From the NCBI RefSeq assembly GCF_009914755.1, contig NC_060935.1: a stretch of DNA of 64,000 nt. One strand, written 5' to 3'. Position numbers and translations under genes: made by a program. Positions 61,020 to 64,000 of this stretch are shown here, piece after piece. The notes beneath the pieces were generated by a model. The model saw only the letters and a program-made list of their open reading frames with translations, made no database searches and had not been told where the DNA came from. This DNA is from the human T2T-CHM13v2.0 reference genome, Homo sapiens. Each line of letters opens with the position of its first letter. Position 1 is the first letter of the stretch.

Positions 61020-64000
61020 TGGGGAGGAGAAGCAAAGCAAATGGCAGAATAGAAGGCTCCACTAATCATTTCCCCATACCCCACAAGGCCCCAAGTTAAC
61101 AACTACACAGAAAAAATACCTTCATGAGAACCAAAAATCAAGTGAGCACTCATAGTACCCGGTTTGGACTTCATATCCCTAAAAGAGGCACTGAAGAGAT
61201 GGAAAAAAACAGTCCTGAATCACCAACCCCCCTCCCTCCCAACCTCAGTAGCAGTCATGTGGTGCACAGTCTATCTCTGGGCACGGGGGGGAAGGAAGAA
61301 CACAGCAATTATGAGGCACTGAACTCATTGCTGTTATGTTAGACACAAAGGAAAACTAGATCAAACTCAGCTGACACCTGCCCCTGGAGGCAGAGGGAGC
61401 ATTTAAGCCAGTCCTAACCTGAGAGGAATCAGCAATCCCAGCAGTAAGAACTTCAGTGCCTGAAAACCTCACCACAGGGGGCCTACAGTTCTCTGTGTTT
61501 CCAAGTAAACTTGAAAGGCAGTCTAAGCCATAAGGACTGCAACTCTTAGGTGAGTCCAGTGCTGAATAAGTCCCAGAAATTGTGGACTAGGGGGATATTT
61601 GACATACTGAGACACCAGCTGGGTCAGCCAAAGGAGTGCTGTTATCACCCCTCCCCCAACTCCAGGTTGCATATCTCGCAGCTCCCAAAGAGACTCCTTC
61701 CTTCTGCTGGAGGAATGGAAAGAAACAGTAAGGAAGACTTTGTCTTTGCATATCAGCTGAGCCACAAGAGGATAAGGCACCAAACAGAGTTGTGAGGCCC
61801 CCGTTCCAGGCCACTGCTCCTAGACAACATTTCTAGACATAGGCTGGGCCAGAAGGGAAACCTCTGCATTGAAGGAAAGAATTCATTCCTCAGAGCATTC
61901 ACCACCTGTTAATTGAAGATACCTTGAGCCCTGAATAACCTAAGCAATACCCAGGTACTATTAATACACTGAGGGCTTTGGATGAGCATCTGAGACTAGC
62001 AGGTTTCAGGTGAGACTCAGCACATTTCAGCTGAGGCAGCTATGAGGCAAGATTCTTTCTTCTTCAGAAAAATGGAAGGAGAGTAAAGAGACTTTGTTTT
62101 GCACCTTAGGTGCCAGCACAGCCACAGCATGGTAGAGCAGCAAGTGGGCTCTTGGCATACCCAATTGCAGGACTTAGCTCTTGAACAGCATTTCTGGACC
62201 TACCATGGGCCACAAGGGAGCCCACTGCCCTGAAGGGTGAGTCCCAGGCAAGGCAGCCTTTACTACAAGCTGATTTAAGAGCCCTTTGGCTTTAAGAGAA
62301 CACTGGTTGGTAGTCTAGCAACCAGTGGGTAGGGGTCACTATGGGGTGTGGCTCCTCTGCCTTTGGAAAGAGAAGAGAAAAGTGGGAAGGACTTCATCTT
62401 GTGGTTTGAACGTCAGCTCGACTGCAATATAATAGAACACCAGGTACTCGTCTAATGTTTTTGACTCTAGTCCCTGACTTCTGGACAGCACCTCTGTATC
62501 CACCCAGGGCCTGGGGGATCTCACTGCCCTGATGGGAAGGACACAGGCCTGGCCGGCTTTGCTGCCTGCTGATTGCAGATCTCCAGGGCCTTGAGCAAAC
62601 ATAGGCAGTAGCCAAGAAGTGATTACAGCAGGCATTGGGCAAGATGCAGTGCTCTGTGGGCCTCAGGCCTGATGTAGTGCAGTCATAATGGTGGTGGCCA
62701 CAGAAGTGCTTATGTCACTCCACCCCCAGTTTTAGGTGGCACAGACAAGAGAGAGAAATTTTTTTTTTTTTCAAGAAATTAAGGGAAGAAAACAGAGCAG
62801 TCTCTGCCTGGCAATCCAGAGAATTCTCCTGAATCATGTCCAAGGCCATTGAGGCAGTACTTTTATGAGTCTTCAAAAACCACAGTATTACTGGGCTTGG
62901 GATGCTCCCTAAAGTAGAGAGTTTAAATCACGATACCTATGTCCTTTCAAATATCTGCAGAGCGTTCCCAAAAAGGATGGCTACAAATAAGCCCAGACAG
63001 TGAAGACTACAACAAACACCTAACTCTTCAGTGCTCAGACACCGAAGAACATCTACTAGCATCAACACCATTGAGAAAAACATGACCTCAGCGAATGAAC
63101 TAAATAAGTCACCAGGGACCAATCCTGAAGAAATGGGGATATGTGACCTTTCAGAAAGAGAGTTCAAAATAGCTGCAATGAGGAAACTTAAAGAAACTTT
63201 GATAACACAGAGATAACACAGAGAAGGAATTCAGAATTATATCAGATAAATTTAACAAAGAGATTGAAATAGTTAAAAAGAATCAGAAATTCTGCAGCTG
63301 AAAAATGCAATTGTCATAATGAAGAATGCATCAGAGTCCTTTAATAGCAGAATTGACCAAGCAGAAAAAAGAATTAGTCAGCCTGAAGACAGGCTATTTA
63401 AAAAGACACTGTCAAAAGATACAAAAGAAAAATAATAAAAACAACAAAGCACATCTACCGAATATAGAAAATAGCCTTGAAAGGGCAAATCTAAGAATTG
63501 TTGGCCTTAAAGAGAAGGTAGGGAAAGAGACAGGGGTAGAAAATTTATTTAAAGGAATAGTAAGAGAGAACTTCCCCATACCAGAGAATGATGTCAGTAT
63601 CTGAGTACAGGAAAGTTGTAGAACACCAAGCAGATTTAACCCAAAGAGTATCTCAAGGCATTTAAAATCAAACTACCAAAGGTCAAGGAGAAAGAAATGT
63701 AAAAGCAGCAAGAGAAAAGAAATAAATAACATACAATGAAGATCCAATACATCTGACAGCAGATTCTTTCAGTGAAAACCTCGCAGACAGTGGCATGACA
63801 TATTTAAAGTACTGAAGGAGAAAAACCTTTTACAGTAGAATATTATATCTGGCAAAAATATTCTTCAAACATGAAGGAAGAATACTTTCCCTGACAAGAG
63901 CTGAGGGATTTCATTAATATTAGACCTGTCTCACAAGAAATTGTATATAAAGAGAAGAACATTAGAAAGAACAGAACATTCAGTAAGAAAAGAACATTAG
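61020..64000 (+). mobile_element. Older L1 (L1PB/L1MA-type) long 5'UTR and decayed ORF1, running off the window
   Basis: 5' end aaatggcagaatagaaggctcc. ORF1 remnants DLSEREFKIA, RANLRIVGLKE, LFKGIVRENFP. Confidence 0.85.

Overview
Primate genomic DNA, most likely human 11q12.1 (locus recognised from memory), from the glycine/glutamine N-acyltransferase cluster. It is not microbial, and most entries in the ORF track are spurious or repeat-derived. Contents: (1) the last three coding exons and 3'UTR of intact GLYATL1 (+, 4284-5541); (2) a duplicated, unprocessed GLYATL1-like pseudogene (+, about 19.6-44.2 kb) whose apparent promoter and first exons come from a MER57-type ERV LTR; (3) a convergent GLYATL2-like pseudogene (-, 45276-49202, putative non-coding first exon near 59.2 kb) with a truncated HERV-K(HML-2) provirus in its intron and no detectable first coding exon; (4) an old, decayed PRKAR2B-like retrocopy (-, about 17.1-17.8 kb) invisible in the ORF track, next to a CpG-rich patch; (5) an orphan promoter-like CpG patch near 13.3 kb; (6) many L1, Alu, LTR, L2, MER5 and MER6 elements. 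I found no evidence of a wholly new biological system. The most interesting signals are ERV exonisation, the hidden retrocopy and several rearrangement scars. Repeat subfamily names and reference-protein comparisons are from memory and need confirmation.
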